DNA from: a virus
Lineage: Duplodnaviria; Caudoviricetes
Reading direction: 5' to 3' (one strand)
DNA: 64,000 bases
IMG/VR virus record: IMGVR_UViG_3300023178_000006
The notes beneath the pieces were generated by a model. The model searched no databases and had not been told where the DNA came from. It was given only the letters and a program-made list of their open reading frames with translations. Of this stretch, positions 8,322-17,642 are shown in pieces (position 1 is the stretch's first letter; the number at the start of each line of letters is the position of its first letter). The translations under genes and the position numbers were made by a program.

Positions 8322-10682
8322 ATGGAAGTACAAAAAGATATAGCATTTTTTATCGAGCAACAATTTCCCGGCATCTATAGGGAAGATGGTCAAGAGCTTG
8401 TACAACTTGCTAGAGATTATTATAAATGGTTAGAGATTACAACTAATCAATCTAACTATGTGTCTCGTCGATTCTTTGAATATAAAGATGTTGATACTAC
8501 TATTAAAGAACTTTTAATATTTTATCAGAAAAAATATCTCGCTGACCTTGAACTCAAACCAACCATTGTATCTTTCTTAGTTAAAAATATTCTCGACCTT
8601 TATAGAAGAAAAGGTACACCCGGTGGTATCGAATTATTTTTTAGTATCTTTTATAAAGAATATGATATTGATGTTATCTATCCTGCGAAAAGGATGCTTA
8701 AGATTTCTAATAGTACTTGGAAACAAGGTGTATATCTTCAAATGTTTCCTAACGATAATTTCTTTTTATCGAAAACAGATGTCGAATATAGTTATGCAGA
8801 TTTAATATCTCGTAATATTACTGGTAGCGCATCTGGTGCTAAAGCTGCGGTTTCAAAAATTAACTTTATTATTCTAAATGGTATTAAAACACCAATCATT
8901 TATATTGATGAAGTACAAGGAAACTTCGATAAGTATGATGATATTATTACAAATATTAATGGTGAAGTGATATCTTTCGGTAAAGTTAATGGTTCACTTA
9001 ATGGTATCGACGTTGACTTAACATATAAAGGAACAACAGGAAACGAAATCGGTGATAAGTATATTGCTAAATCAAGTCGTGGAAGTGGTGGTGATGTAAT
9101 TGTTACCGAAACACAAGATAAAATAACAGGTCAAATTGATTATGAACTTGACAATGGTGGTTACGGTTATACAATAGATAACACTAGGTTATTAGTTTCA
9201 AATCAAACATTAATTTTAGATAATGAAGATTTAACTTTTACAGAATATGAAAGAATACAAGATACCGCAGGAACTCAAGGTTATGTTGTAGGTCAATCAC
9301 CTCAAGCAGTCGGGATATATATTACGTCAGCATCCCCTGCAAAATTTAATGGTGTTGAAGCAATCACAACACTTGACCGTGTCGATGCTCAAGGAAATCC
9401 AGATAATGTTACTTTAACGTTTGATGCTTTCTCAGATAGAAATGATTCTTCACCTGGTCCTTTATATCCGGATACAGGATTAGCAACCGATGTTAAAGTT
9501 CGTTCATTAACAAACATTTCAACTGCATCAGTTATTACTGACCAAGTTTTACCTTTTGTTGCAACGAATATTAATGCAGCAGATTATGAAGCAACCGCAC
9601 CTATGAGTGGTAGTGCTTCACCAGTTAATTTAACAACACCTTTAAATCAAGCATTCGACATCCAGGCTTTACAGATTGGTAAGATTACAGGATTTGATAA
9701 TATTAATCCTGGCACAGATTATACTAATGACGTTTTTGCAAGAGCAAAAGACGATGTATTCTTTAACTTTGATAGAAGAAATCAGATTATAAGATTCCCA
9801 CTTCCTGGTGATGCTGGTGTATTCTCAATTGGTGAAATCATTACAGAGAAAAACACAAGTATTCAAGGTGAAGTACGAGCAATTAATACAGAACAAGGTT
9901 GGGTATCTGTAACACCATTTGATTATTACGGATTTAGTGGTACAAATAATATTATAAGAGGTAACGGAGACGAAGTTACAGTTGTAGGTATTCAAGTAGA
10001 TTATAACAGTCCACGTATTGGTGATAATGCAAACATTAATACTACAACCGAATTTGCAACAGGGCGTATTTCTAAAGTTGCAGTAGAGAATTCTGGTTTT
10101 GGATATGTTGATGGTGATGATGTCGAAATTGTAGATGAGAATAATAATATACAAGCAATTGGTACATTAAGTGCAAATACACAAGGTGTTACTGGTGGTT
10201 ACTGGGCAGATTTCAGTTCTCACTTAAACGGATATATTCCTAGTGAAGCAAACAATCAAATACTTGAATATTTCACATCAGGACAAAGAGTACAAGACAG
10301 TGATTTCTATCAAGAATATTCATATCAAATTAAATCAACTCTTGATAAAAGTCAATATGAGAAACTATTAAAACAAAACGTTCACTTAGCTGGTTCTAAG
10401 ATGTTTGGTGATTTCATTTATAAAGTTGAGATACCATTTAACACTAAGACTAGATTTATGAGAATGTTTAATGATGATGGAAGTGGTTCACCACTTGACC
10501 AAGCGAATGTTGTGAATTTAGAAGCATCAGTAACAAACTTCACTGTTGATTCTACATACATAACTGCAGACCATGTGAACAATGGTGGTTGGACAGGAAG
10601 TAATACACTAGATTTAAATTCTCTTGGTGTAAGTGATACCAACGGAAATTATCCAAGTACAACAACAATAACGGTGAGCTAA
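8322..10682 (+). CDS. gp7: Baseplate wedge initiator gp7-like
   Basis: QQFPGIYRE, LYRRKGTPGGIELFF and the C-terminal RVQDSDFYQEYSY.IKS...KQNVHLAG; follows gp6. Confidence 0.8.
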   Translation: MEVQKDIAFFIEQQFPGIYREDGQELVQLARDYYKWLEITTNQSNYVSRRFFEYKDVDTTIKELLIFYQKKYLADLELKPTIVSFLVKNILDLYRRKGTPGGIELFFSIFYKEYDIDVIYPAKRMLKISNSTWKQGVYLQMFPNDNFFLSKTDVEYSYADLISRNITGSASGAKAAVSKINFIILNGIKTPIIYIDEVQGNFDKYDDIITNINGEVISFGKVNGSLNGIDVDLTYKGTTGNEIGDKYIAKSSRGSGGDVIVTETQDKITGQIDYELDNGGYGYTIDNTRLLVSNQTLILDNEDLTFTEYERIQDTAGTQGYVVGQSPQAVGIYITSASPAKFNGVEAITTLDRVDAQGNPDNVTLTFDAFSDRNDSSPGPLYPDTGLATDVKVRSLTNISTASVITDQVLPFVATNINAADYEATAPMSGSASPVNLTTPLNQAFDIQALQIGKITGFDNINPGTDYTNDVFARAKDDVFFNFDRRNQIIRFPLPGDAGVFSIGEIITEKNTSIQGEVRAINTEQGWVSVTPFDYYGFSGTNNIIRGNGDEVTVVGIQVDYNSPRIGDNANINTTTEFATGRISKVAVENSGFGYVDGDDVEIVDENNNIQAIGTLSANTQGVTGGYWADFSSHLNGYIPSEANNQILEYFTSGQRVQDSDFYQEYSYQIKSTLDKSQYEKLLKQNVHLAGSKMFGDFIYKVEIPFNTKTRFMRMFNDDGSGSPLDQANVVNLEASVTNFTVDSTYITADHVNNGGWTGSNTLDLNSLGVSDTNGNYPSTTTITVS

Positions 10683-10683
10683 C

Positions 10684-11532
10684 ATGCCAACAATGAGAAT
10701 CCAATCAGACGGTGACCCTTATCCAGCTAAAGCTGGAGTAACGGTATTAACCAATGATGGAACGACTGCTCGTTCAGGATTTGGGGGAAATAATCAAATT
10801 TCAGACCAAACACATGATTTTCAATTTGAATATCGTGGAGGTCAGAATACTGAGAATCCTCAAGCAACAACATTGGGCGCAATGGGATGTGCACTAAATG
10901 GTGTAGTATTATTTAATCCTAGTGCTGCTCCAGGACCCTTACCAGGTGGAAATCAACCACCAGCTCAAGGGTTTACCTATAACGCAGTATTTAATGAATC
11001 TGCTTATGGTGTAGATGCATGTGGTGGACACCCAGAACAAAATGGTGAATATCATTATCATTCTGGTTCATTCTTAATTAATTGTTGGAATGACCCAAAG
11101 TTTATTGGTGCTAATCCATATTATAATGATACCGACAACAGTGGAGATAATTTTAGACACACTGATGGTCACAGTAAAATCTTAGGATTTTGCTTTGATG
11201 GTTATCCTTTATATGGACCTTATGGATATTCAAATCCAAATGATAACACGAGTTTAGTAAAACAATTGTTAAGTAGTTGGCAGACACTTGCAACTGAAGC
11301 AACAGGTAGAGGATTTACTTATGCACAAGAACCTGCAGGAAGTTTTGTTCAAGACTACGAGTACGTAGATGGATTAGGAGATTTAGATGAGTACAATGGA
11401 AGATATTGTATTACTCCAGATTATCCAACAGGAACTTACGCATATTTCTTAACATTTGAAAACGGTGATTTTAATTCACCAGCCTTTCCATATATTTTTG
11501 GATTGAGTACAAAAGAACAAAGAGGCGTTTAA
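10684..11532 (+). CDS. YHYH-family protein
   Basis: GCALNGVVLFNP, GVDACGGHPEQNGEYHYH, HSKILGFCFDGYPLYGPYG, DLDEYNGR, PDYPTGTYAYFLT, FPYI. Confidence 0.85.
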   Translation: MPTMRIQSDGDPYPAKAGVTVLTNDGTTARSGFGGNNQISDQTHDFQFEYRGGQNTENPQATTLGAMGCALNGVVLFNPSAAPGPLPGGNQPPAQGFTYNAVFNESAYGVDACGGHPEQNGEYHYHSGSFLINCWNDPKFIGANPYYNDTDNSGDNFRHTDGHSKILGFCFDGYPLYGPYGYSNPNDNTSLVKQLLSSWQTLATEATGRGFTYAQEPAGSFVQDYEYVDGLGDLDEYNGRYCITPDYPTGTYAYFLTFENGDFNSPAFPYIFGLSTKEQRGV

Positions 11533-11537
11533 CGCCT
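11523..11537. other. Inverted repeat AGGCGTT-T-AACGCCT across the YHYH stop codon, directly before a late-promoter motif
   Basis: 7-bp arms at 11523-11529 and 11531-11537. Confidence 0.6.
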
Positions 11538-11545
11538 AATAAATA
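11538..11545 (+). promoter_or_regulatory. T4-like late promoter variant AATAAATA
   Basis: Intergenic, 31 nt upstream of the ATG at 11576; matches the T4 gp55-dependent TATAAATA consensus except at the first base. Confidence 0.65.
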
Positions 11546-11575
11546 TTAAATTAAATATTTTAAATAGAGGACGCT

Positions 11576-13261
11576 ATGGCCAAGCAAATTATTAATATAG
11601 GAGCATCTGCGAATGATGGGAGTGGTGACCCAATACGTAATGCTTTTGATAAAACAAACGACAACTTTAACGAATTATATTTCGCACTTGGTGGACCAAA
11701 CCAAGCGACATCCATGTTTAATGGAGATGGTGAACTTGACTTCCCAGGCAAGGCACACAAAATATCTTTCTACTATGCTACAAAGGCAGAACTTGACGCA
11801 GTTAATGCAAGTACATATCACGGAGCAATAGGACACGCTCATGATACAGGAAAACTTTATTATGCTCATAATGGAGCATGGAATCAACTTGCAAACTATT
11901 CAGATTTATCTTCACTAGCAGTTACTGAAGCATTCACAACAATATCAATCGCTGGCCAGAATGATGTTGTCGCTGATAGCGCCACTGATACACTTACTCT
12001 AGTTGCTGGTACAAATATCACCCTTGAAACTGATGAGAACGGAGATTCAATTACAATTACTGCAGCAGGTGGTGGAGGTAGTGGTTCTTCAAACTTCACT
12101 GGATTATCTGACACACCTTCTTCTTTAGGAAGTGCTAATCAATATGTAAGAGTTAATGGTGCTGGAAACGCATTGGAATTTGCAACTCTACCTACTGGTT
12201 ATGCAGATGGTGATGTAGATACTCATTTAAATACTTCAACTGCACAATCAGGTCAAGTATTAAGTTGGGACGGTTCTGATTATGATTGGGTTGCACAGTC
12301 AGGTGGTGGTGGAGGTGGTGGCTCAGTTGCTATGACTGACATTACTGATACGACAATTACAAATCCACAAAGTGGAGATATTCTAACTTATTTCCCAAAT
12401 GATAGTACATGGAGAAACGTAACATTCACTCCATCTTTCGCAGATATAGACCAACAACCAGCAGGTTCAACTGATAAAGCATTATTTGAAAATATTTTCG
12501 AAAACGCATCGACAGTATTAACTGTATCAGCAAACGGTACAACTGCATATCGTTTTGACCAATATGGAACAACAGACAATCCAACTATTTACGTAAAAGC
12601 TGGAACAACAATCGGTTTCGATTTATCCTATGACACAGGTGGAACACATCCATTTAAAATTCAAACATCAGGTGGTGTTGATTATAATACTGGATTAGTT
12701 GCTTTACAAGAAGGAAGCAAATACGAAGGAAGTAACGCACAAGGTACCTATGCAGGAACATTATTCTGGAAAGTACCAGCATCAATTTCTGGTAATTACA
12801 AATATGTTTGTTCATCTCACTCAGGAATGACAGGAACAATCGTTGTTGAAGCTGCCGCAGGTGGTGGAGGTGGTGGAGGAAGTTCCGCTACTCGAAATAC
12901 TGAAGCTGAAACAACAGGTTCAATTGCGGATGGTGCAGCAGGTAATGTTGCTTACGCAGATTTAGGTGTTTCATATGTTCTTTATTCAGTACAAACTGAT
13001 AAAGCCGCGTGGGTACGTATCTACGATGAAGTTGCATCAAGAACAGCAGACGCATCAAGAAACCAAGGAGACGACCCTGCTGAAGGTTCAGGTGTAATTG
13101 CAGAATTTATCACAGGTGGTGCTGCAACAGTTAAAGTAACACCAGGTGTATTTGGTTGGGTAGGAAACAGTGAAACCACTGTACCAGTCTCAGTAACAAA
13201 TTTAAGTGGTTCAACAGGAACCGTACAGGTAACAATAACAGCATTAACATTAGAGACTTAA
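11576..13261 (+). CDS. Virion protein with gp9/gp10-like N-terminal anchor and cupredoxin-like domain
   Basis: The N-terminus IINIGASANDGSGDPIRNAFDKTNDNFNELY is a T4 gp9/gp10 N-terminal-type motif. Gly-rich linkers follow, then HPFKI...YKYVCSSHSGMTGTIVV. Confidence 0.7.
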   Translation: MAKQIINIGASANDGSGDPIRNAFDKTNDNFNELYFALGGPNQATSMFNGDGELDFPGKAHKISFYYATKAELDAVNASTYHGAIGHAHDTGKLYYAHNGAWNQLANYSDLSSLAVTEAFTTISIAGQNDVVADSATDTLTLVAGTNITLETDENGDSITITAAGGGGSGSSNFTGLSDTPSSLGSANQYVRVNGAGNALEFATLPTGYADGDVDTHLNTSTAQSGQVLSWDGSDYDWVAQSGGGGGGGSVAMTDITDTTITNPQSGDILTYFPNDSTWRNVTFTPSFADIDQQPAGSTDKALFENIFENASTVLTVSANGTTAYRFDQYGTTDNPTIYVKAGTTIGFDLSYDTGGTHPFKIQTSGGVDYNTGLVALQEGSKYEGSNAQGTYAGTLFWKVPASISGNYKYVCSSHSGMTGTIVVEAAAGGGGGGGSSATRNTEAETTGSIADGAAGNVAYADLGVSYVLYSVQTDKAAWVRIYDEVASRTADASRNQGDDPAEGSGVIAEFITGGAATVKVTPGVFGWVGNSETTVPVSVTNLSGSTGTVQVTITALTLET

Positions 13262-13264
13262 TAG

Positions 13265-15694
13265 ATGGCAATCGACAAGTCAGCACAGTTTATATCAGAA
13301 GAACTTTTTAAGGTTATTCCTCATGAAGCAGATTCTAATGGTAGAAAAAATTACACAATTCTTTTAAGCGAAGGAACTGACTGCGAGGCTTTTTGTGAAG
13401 ATTTAAATTCACAAGGATTTGAGTGTGTTGCTAATCCTTCTTCGTTTCATAGAGTATGCGCGTTTAAATTTACTGAAGAAGAAGCAAATACTATTTCAGA
13501 AAGAGATGATGTAGAGAGTTTAGATTACCAAAGAGACTTCGTACTTAATAGTTATAACCCACAAAATCGTAACGGTAAAACTACCGTTGAAACATACTTC
13601 GATACTTCTTATCCTTCAAGTACTTTTGATGGAACTGATTTTATTCCAGCTAAATTTTTCTGGGATACAAATACAACAGCACCAACACCAAATGGAAGGC
13701 CTTTAGGTTTCTTTAATAACGCTCAGTTTGGTGGTGGAACTCAAGAAGATACTTACGCATCAACAAATACGACTATATCTCATAATTTTGATGGAAGCAC
13801 AGTTGATATTGTTATTGTAGAACCTAGTGCTGGTATTGTTGAACAGCCATCGTGGGCTCAAGCACATCCAGATTTCAAAGACTCATCTAATAATTTTAGA
13901 TTTGTTGCTGTTGATTGGAGTGATTATGATTCAGGAGTAACTAACGTAAGAAATAATCAAGTCACAAATGGTTGGACAGACCTTGGTAAACACGCACTTG
14001 CATCCGCATCAGTTGCAGCAGGTACTTATTGTGGTTGGGCAAAAAACGCAAACCTTTATTATGCTGATACGACTTATGATAGTTACCTTTCAATATATTC
14101 CGCAATTTATGCATGGCACCAAGCAAAACCGGTCAACCCAGATACAGGAAAAAGAAACGCTACTATCGTAAACAATTCTTGGGGTTTTTATGCTGATAGA
14201 AGAGCCGAAAATATTATACCTATCGAAGAAATTTCTTCTTTTAACGCATTTGATGATGATGGAAATCAAACAACAGTAACTAGACCAGGTGGTGGTTGGG
14301 GAAGTGATTACTCAGATTTCGTAGACAACGGATTCAACGTTGTTAACACAACTGGTGCTAATGGAACTGATAAGTGGGGAATCGCAACTTTTCGTTCAAA
14401 CACTTCTAGAGACGCAACATGGGATTTTATTTTAGATTACTTTAATTCTATTGAAGGTTGCTATCAATTCTTCTCAGCTGGTAATACTCCAGTTGTTTTT
14501 GCAAGAACAGACCAGCCTCAGTATAATAATCAAATCTTTTTAGATGCAAATTATTTTTACTATGACTTAAACGAATTCAACAATAATAAAGTTACGGCAA
14601 CCGAAAATACTTATGCACCTGTAACTGGTACAGAATATACTCATAGGTGTGAGTTCATCGGCCATCGATATTCATTTTATGTTTCAACATATCAATTCAG
14701 TACAACAAACCCAATGATAGAGTCTTATCCCGCAAGAGGTCCGGCGATTGATGCATTAGGACAAGGAAGAGGTTCATGGTGTGCTGCAAGTAGTTATAAT
14801 CTTAAAACTGACTCAAATGGATTTCAATGGGGAACATTTTCGGGAACTTCAGCTGGATGCCCAAATGTAGTTGGTGCAGTTGCATTAATGCTTGACCATT
14901 ATTATTATGGAGAAGGTGGAGCGTCTTGGCCAACGATTGCAGAATTAAGAACTATGATAAGAAGTACTTTCTCTCAACACCCTCTTCAATTAGTAGAAGA
15001 TTTAGGAAAAGACAGAGATGGTAATGCAGTAAGTAAAACCGCTTTTCCTGCTGCAGGTACAGAAATGTGGAACCACAGGTTACAAGGTTCTTATTTCCAA
15101 AACCAAACTATGACTCAGCGCACGACGATAACTGAAAGAGTACAAGACAGAAACACTTATAACGATAACTATGTTCTTACTGTAGGAAATAGTGGAAGCA
15201 CAAGTTATACTTTTACAGGAACTGCTGGGCCAAATACATTTAGTGCTAGTAATGACCCAATGATAGTTATAAGAAAAGGTGACACACTAACTTTTAACAT
15301 ATCAACAAGTGGGCATCCTCTCTACATTAAACAATACGATGGTGAAATTGGTATTGTACAAGGAAGTACGGGCGGCTATAGTAATGGTGTAACAAATAAT
15401 GGCGCTTCATCAGGATTCATTGTTTGGAATACAAATACTGCAGACACTGGTATCTATTATTATATTTGTTCGAACCACGCTGCAATGGGTAATTATATTG
15501 TCGTATTAAGTGAAGATGAGGAATATTATCAAGGTACTGGAATCATGGGCACCACTCCGAATACAAGAGTTTGGTTACCTTGGTCAATAAGAAATGGAAC
15601 AGTAGGAAAAACAAAACAACCGAGAAGTATAACTTATACTTCTAGACCTTCAACAGGACAAACATATCCTAGAAGGAAAATCAGAGTAGCTTAG
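13265..15694 (+). CDS. Subtilisin-like S8 serine protease with propeptide and C-terminal cupredoxin-like domain
   Basis: VDIVIVE (13820), KHALASASVAAG (13991), FSAGN (14483) and FSGTSAGCPNVVGAVAL (14849), followed by HPLYI...YYYICSNHAAMGNYIVV. Confidence 0.8.
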   Translation: MAIDKSAQFISEELFKVIPHEADSNGRKNYTILLSEGTDCEAFCEDLNSQGFECVANPSSFHRVCAFKFTEEEANTISERDDVESLDYQRDFVLNSYNPQNRNGKTTVETYFDTSYPSSTFDGTDFIPAKFFWDTNTTAPTPNGRPLGFFNNAQFGGGTQEDTYASTNTTISHNFDGSTVDIVIVEPSAGIVEQPSWAQAHPDFKDSSNNFRFVAVDWSDYDSGVTNVRNNQVTNGWTDLGKHALASASVAAGTYCGWAKNANLYYADTTYDSYLSIYSAIYAWHQAKPVNPDTGKRNATIVNNSWGFYADRRAENIIPIEEISSFNAFDDDGNQTTVTRPGGGWGSDYSDFVDNGFNVVNTTGANGTDKWGIATFRSNTSRDATWDFILDYFNSIEGCYQFFSAGNTPVVFARTDQPQYNNQIFLDANYFYYDLNEFNNNKVTATENTYAPVTGTEYTHRCEFIGHRYSFYVSTYQFSTTNPMIESYPARGPAIDALGQGRGSWCAASSYNLKTDSNGFQWGTFSGTSAGCPNVVGAVALMLDHYYYGEGGASWPTIAELRTMIRSTFSQHPLQLVEDLGKDRDGNAVSKTAFPAAGTEMWNHRLQGSYFQNQTMTQRTTITERVQDRNTYNDNYVLTVGNSGSTSYTFTGTAGPNTFSASNDPMIVIRKGDTLTFNISTSGHPLYIKQYDGEIGIVQGSTGGYSNGVTNNGASSGFIVWNTNTADTGIYYYICSNHAAMGNYIVVLSEDEEYYQGTGIMGTTPNTRVWLPWSIRNGTVGKTKQPRSITYTSRPSTGQTYPRRKIRVA

Positions 15695-15702
15695 GCAATG
15701 AA

Positions 15703-15710
15703 GATAAATA
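15703..15710 (+). promoter_or_regulatory. T4-like late promoter variant GATAAATA
   Basis: Intergenic, upstream of gp8. Confidence 0.6.
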
Positions 15711-15746
15711 AAACTAACAATTCAAATTTTTTAATGAGCTCATAAA

Positions 15747-17624
15747 ATGCCAGAGATATTAAGTAATAGTTTCAAAACAGACATCACAAGATTGTTTATT
15801 GACGATATTGCCAATAACAATTATTTCTTGTATGTGTCTGGTATTGATTCTTTTGACCCAGTAGATTCTCAGAAATCCAAAAACGAATTTTTGGAGCGTA
15901 CTCTATTCGGTAAAAAAATAGAAATCAATGACATTCATTTTATGATTAAATATTATCCTTGGCAGGTAGGTCAAGTATATGTTGAATATGATGACCAAGT
16001 CGATTTAACAGACCAAAGATTTTATGCGGTTGTTGGACCTAACGATAACGAAACTGGTGATTATCGTGTTTATAAGTGTTTAAATAATAATAGTGGTGCT
16101 GCAGTTACTTCACCTCCTAATTATAACCCAACAACTACAAACCAAGTTTATGAAACAGCAGACGGATATGTTTGGAAATTTATGTATGTTATTAGTGACT
16201 TACAATTCGAAGCATATAACGCTTTAGGTTATGTTCCTATTATTGGAACATTCAATACGAATCCACCATACGGAGGTGGTTCAAGAGTTTCAGACATAGT
16301 AGTAGAAAATAATTTAGATAATTCTGGATATGTAAAAGAAAGTGGTGGTTTAATTTCTTCACCATTTACAAGCGGAACTATGTTAGTTGACCCATTTACT
16401 ACATGGAGTCCTATTACAAACTATTATGTCGGCCAAAACATTTACACACTTAATGCTAATGGTGTTGCAAACTTATTTACGATTAATTATTATAATTTTA
16501 ATACAACTACAGGTAATGCAGAAATACGTGTAGGTAATGAATTAATTTATGGTAAGAAAACAATTAATGTTGAAGGAGTAACAACAACAAATCCAGTTGT
16601 TGTAACAGCAACTGCTCACGGATTAGTTGATGGAACACAAATAAGATTTAGCAATGTAGGTGGAACAACAGAATTAAATAGTGGTGTTACATATTACGCA
16701 GTAAAAATTAGTGATGACACATTCTCTTTGAAAGTTGATAGAAACTTAACTTCAAATTTAGATGGTAGTGCATTTACAGCATACACATCTGGTGGAACTT
16801 TTACCGCCGAAAGAGATGCAGTGGCAGCAGGGGTTGCAAGTAACGCATCATTCACAATATTCCCAAGAGTTAAAGTCACTGGGGACGGAAATGGTGCAGT
16901 CGCAATTCCAGAAATTGTAGACAATAGAATAAGTAGAGTTACAGTTTTAGAACAGGGTAGTGGTTATAGAAACGCTTTCTGTGAAGTTGTAGACCCTGCG
17001 TTTGACTTTGACCCAGAAGATACGACAACAACTGATGTTCGTGCAACGGTTAGACCAAGATTATCACCAGACAGTGGACATGGATATAATTTACTAGATG
17101 AGTTTAGATGTAAACACTTTAGTTTTTATGCTTATATTTCTGCTGATGATAATACAAGAATTGGAGATACGAATACTTACTCAGGTGTAGGTATTGTTCG
17201 CTCACCTTCATTTGCAAGTTCTGTACCAACTGTTTTCGATAATAGAATTTCAGTCACGACAAATGATATAGATAGATTAACAGCGAATAGTACTGTTACT
17301 CAAGTAAACTCAGATAATGAGATTACTTTTTCTGGGAAAGTACACGAAGTTGACGCATCTGCAAACACATTCTATATTGCGGAATATATGGGACCATACC
17401 AAAACAACGCAGATACAGGACAAGGAGATACTTCACTAGATTTAACATTACCATTTAGGAATGAAGCTGGACAGACAATCACTATAAATAGTCCAGTAAT
17501 AGATAATGTAGTGACATCAGATTATACTCAAAGAACCGGAGAGGTTTATTTTATGGAAGACTTCTTCCCATTAGCAAGAACAGAGCTCTCTAGAGAAGAA
17601 TTTAAGTTTGTCTTGGAATTTTAA
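15747..17624 (+). CDS. gp8: Baseplate wedge subunit gp8 with inserted beta-domain
   Basis: YPWQVGQVYVEYDD, YRVYKCLNNN, ETADGYVWKFMY and the C-terminal GEVYFMEDF.P..R...REEFKFVLEF. The insertion reads TTNPVVVTATAHGLVDGTQI...TYYAVKISDDTFSL. Confidence 0.85.
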   Translation: MPEILSNSFKTDITRLFIDDIANNNYFLYVSGIDSFDPVDSQKSKNEFLERTLFGKKIEINDIHFMIKYYPWQVGQVYVEYDDQVDLTDQRFYAVVGPNDNETGDYRVYKCLNNNSGAAVTSPPNYNPTTTNQVYETADGYVWKFMYVISDLQFEAYNALGYVPIIGTFNTNPPYGGGSRVSDIVVENNLDNSGYVKESGGLISSPFTSGTMLVDPFTTWSPITNYYVGQNIYTLNANGVANLFTINYYNFNTTTGNAEIRVGNELIYGKKTINVEGVTTTNPVVVTATAHGLVDGTQIRFSNVGGTTELNSGVTYYAVKISDDTFSLKVDRNLTSNLDGSAFTAYTSGGTFTAERDAVAAGVASNASFTIFPRVKVTGDGNGAVAIPEIVDNRISRVTVLEQGSGYRNAFCEVVDPAFDFDPEDTTTTDVRATVRPRLSPDSGHGYNLLDEFRCKHFSFYAYISADDNTRIGDTNTYSGVGIVRSPSFASSVPTVFDNRISVTTNDIDRLTANSTVTQVNSDNEITFSGKVHEVDASANTFYIAEYMGPYQNNADTGQGDTSLDLTLPFRNEAGQTITINSPVIDNVVTSDYTQRTGEVYFMEDFFPLARTELSREEFKFVLEF

Positions 17625-17642
17625 ACAGGAAAGTAATACGAT

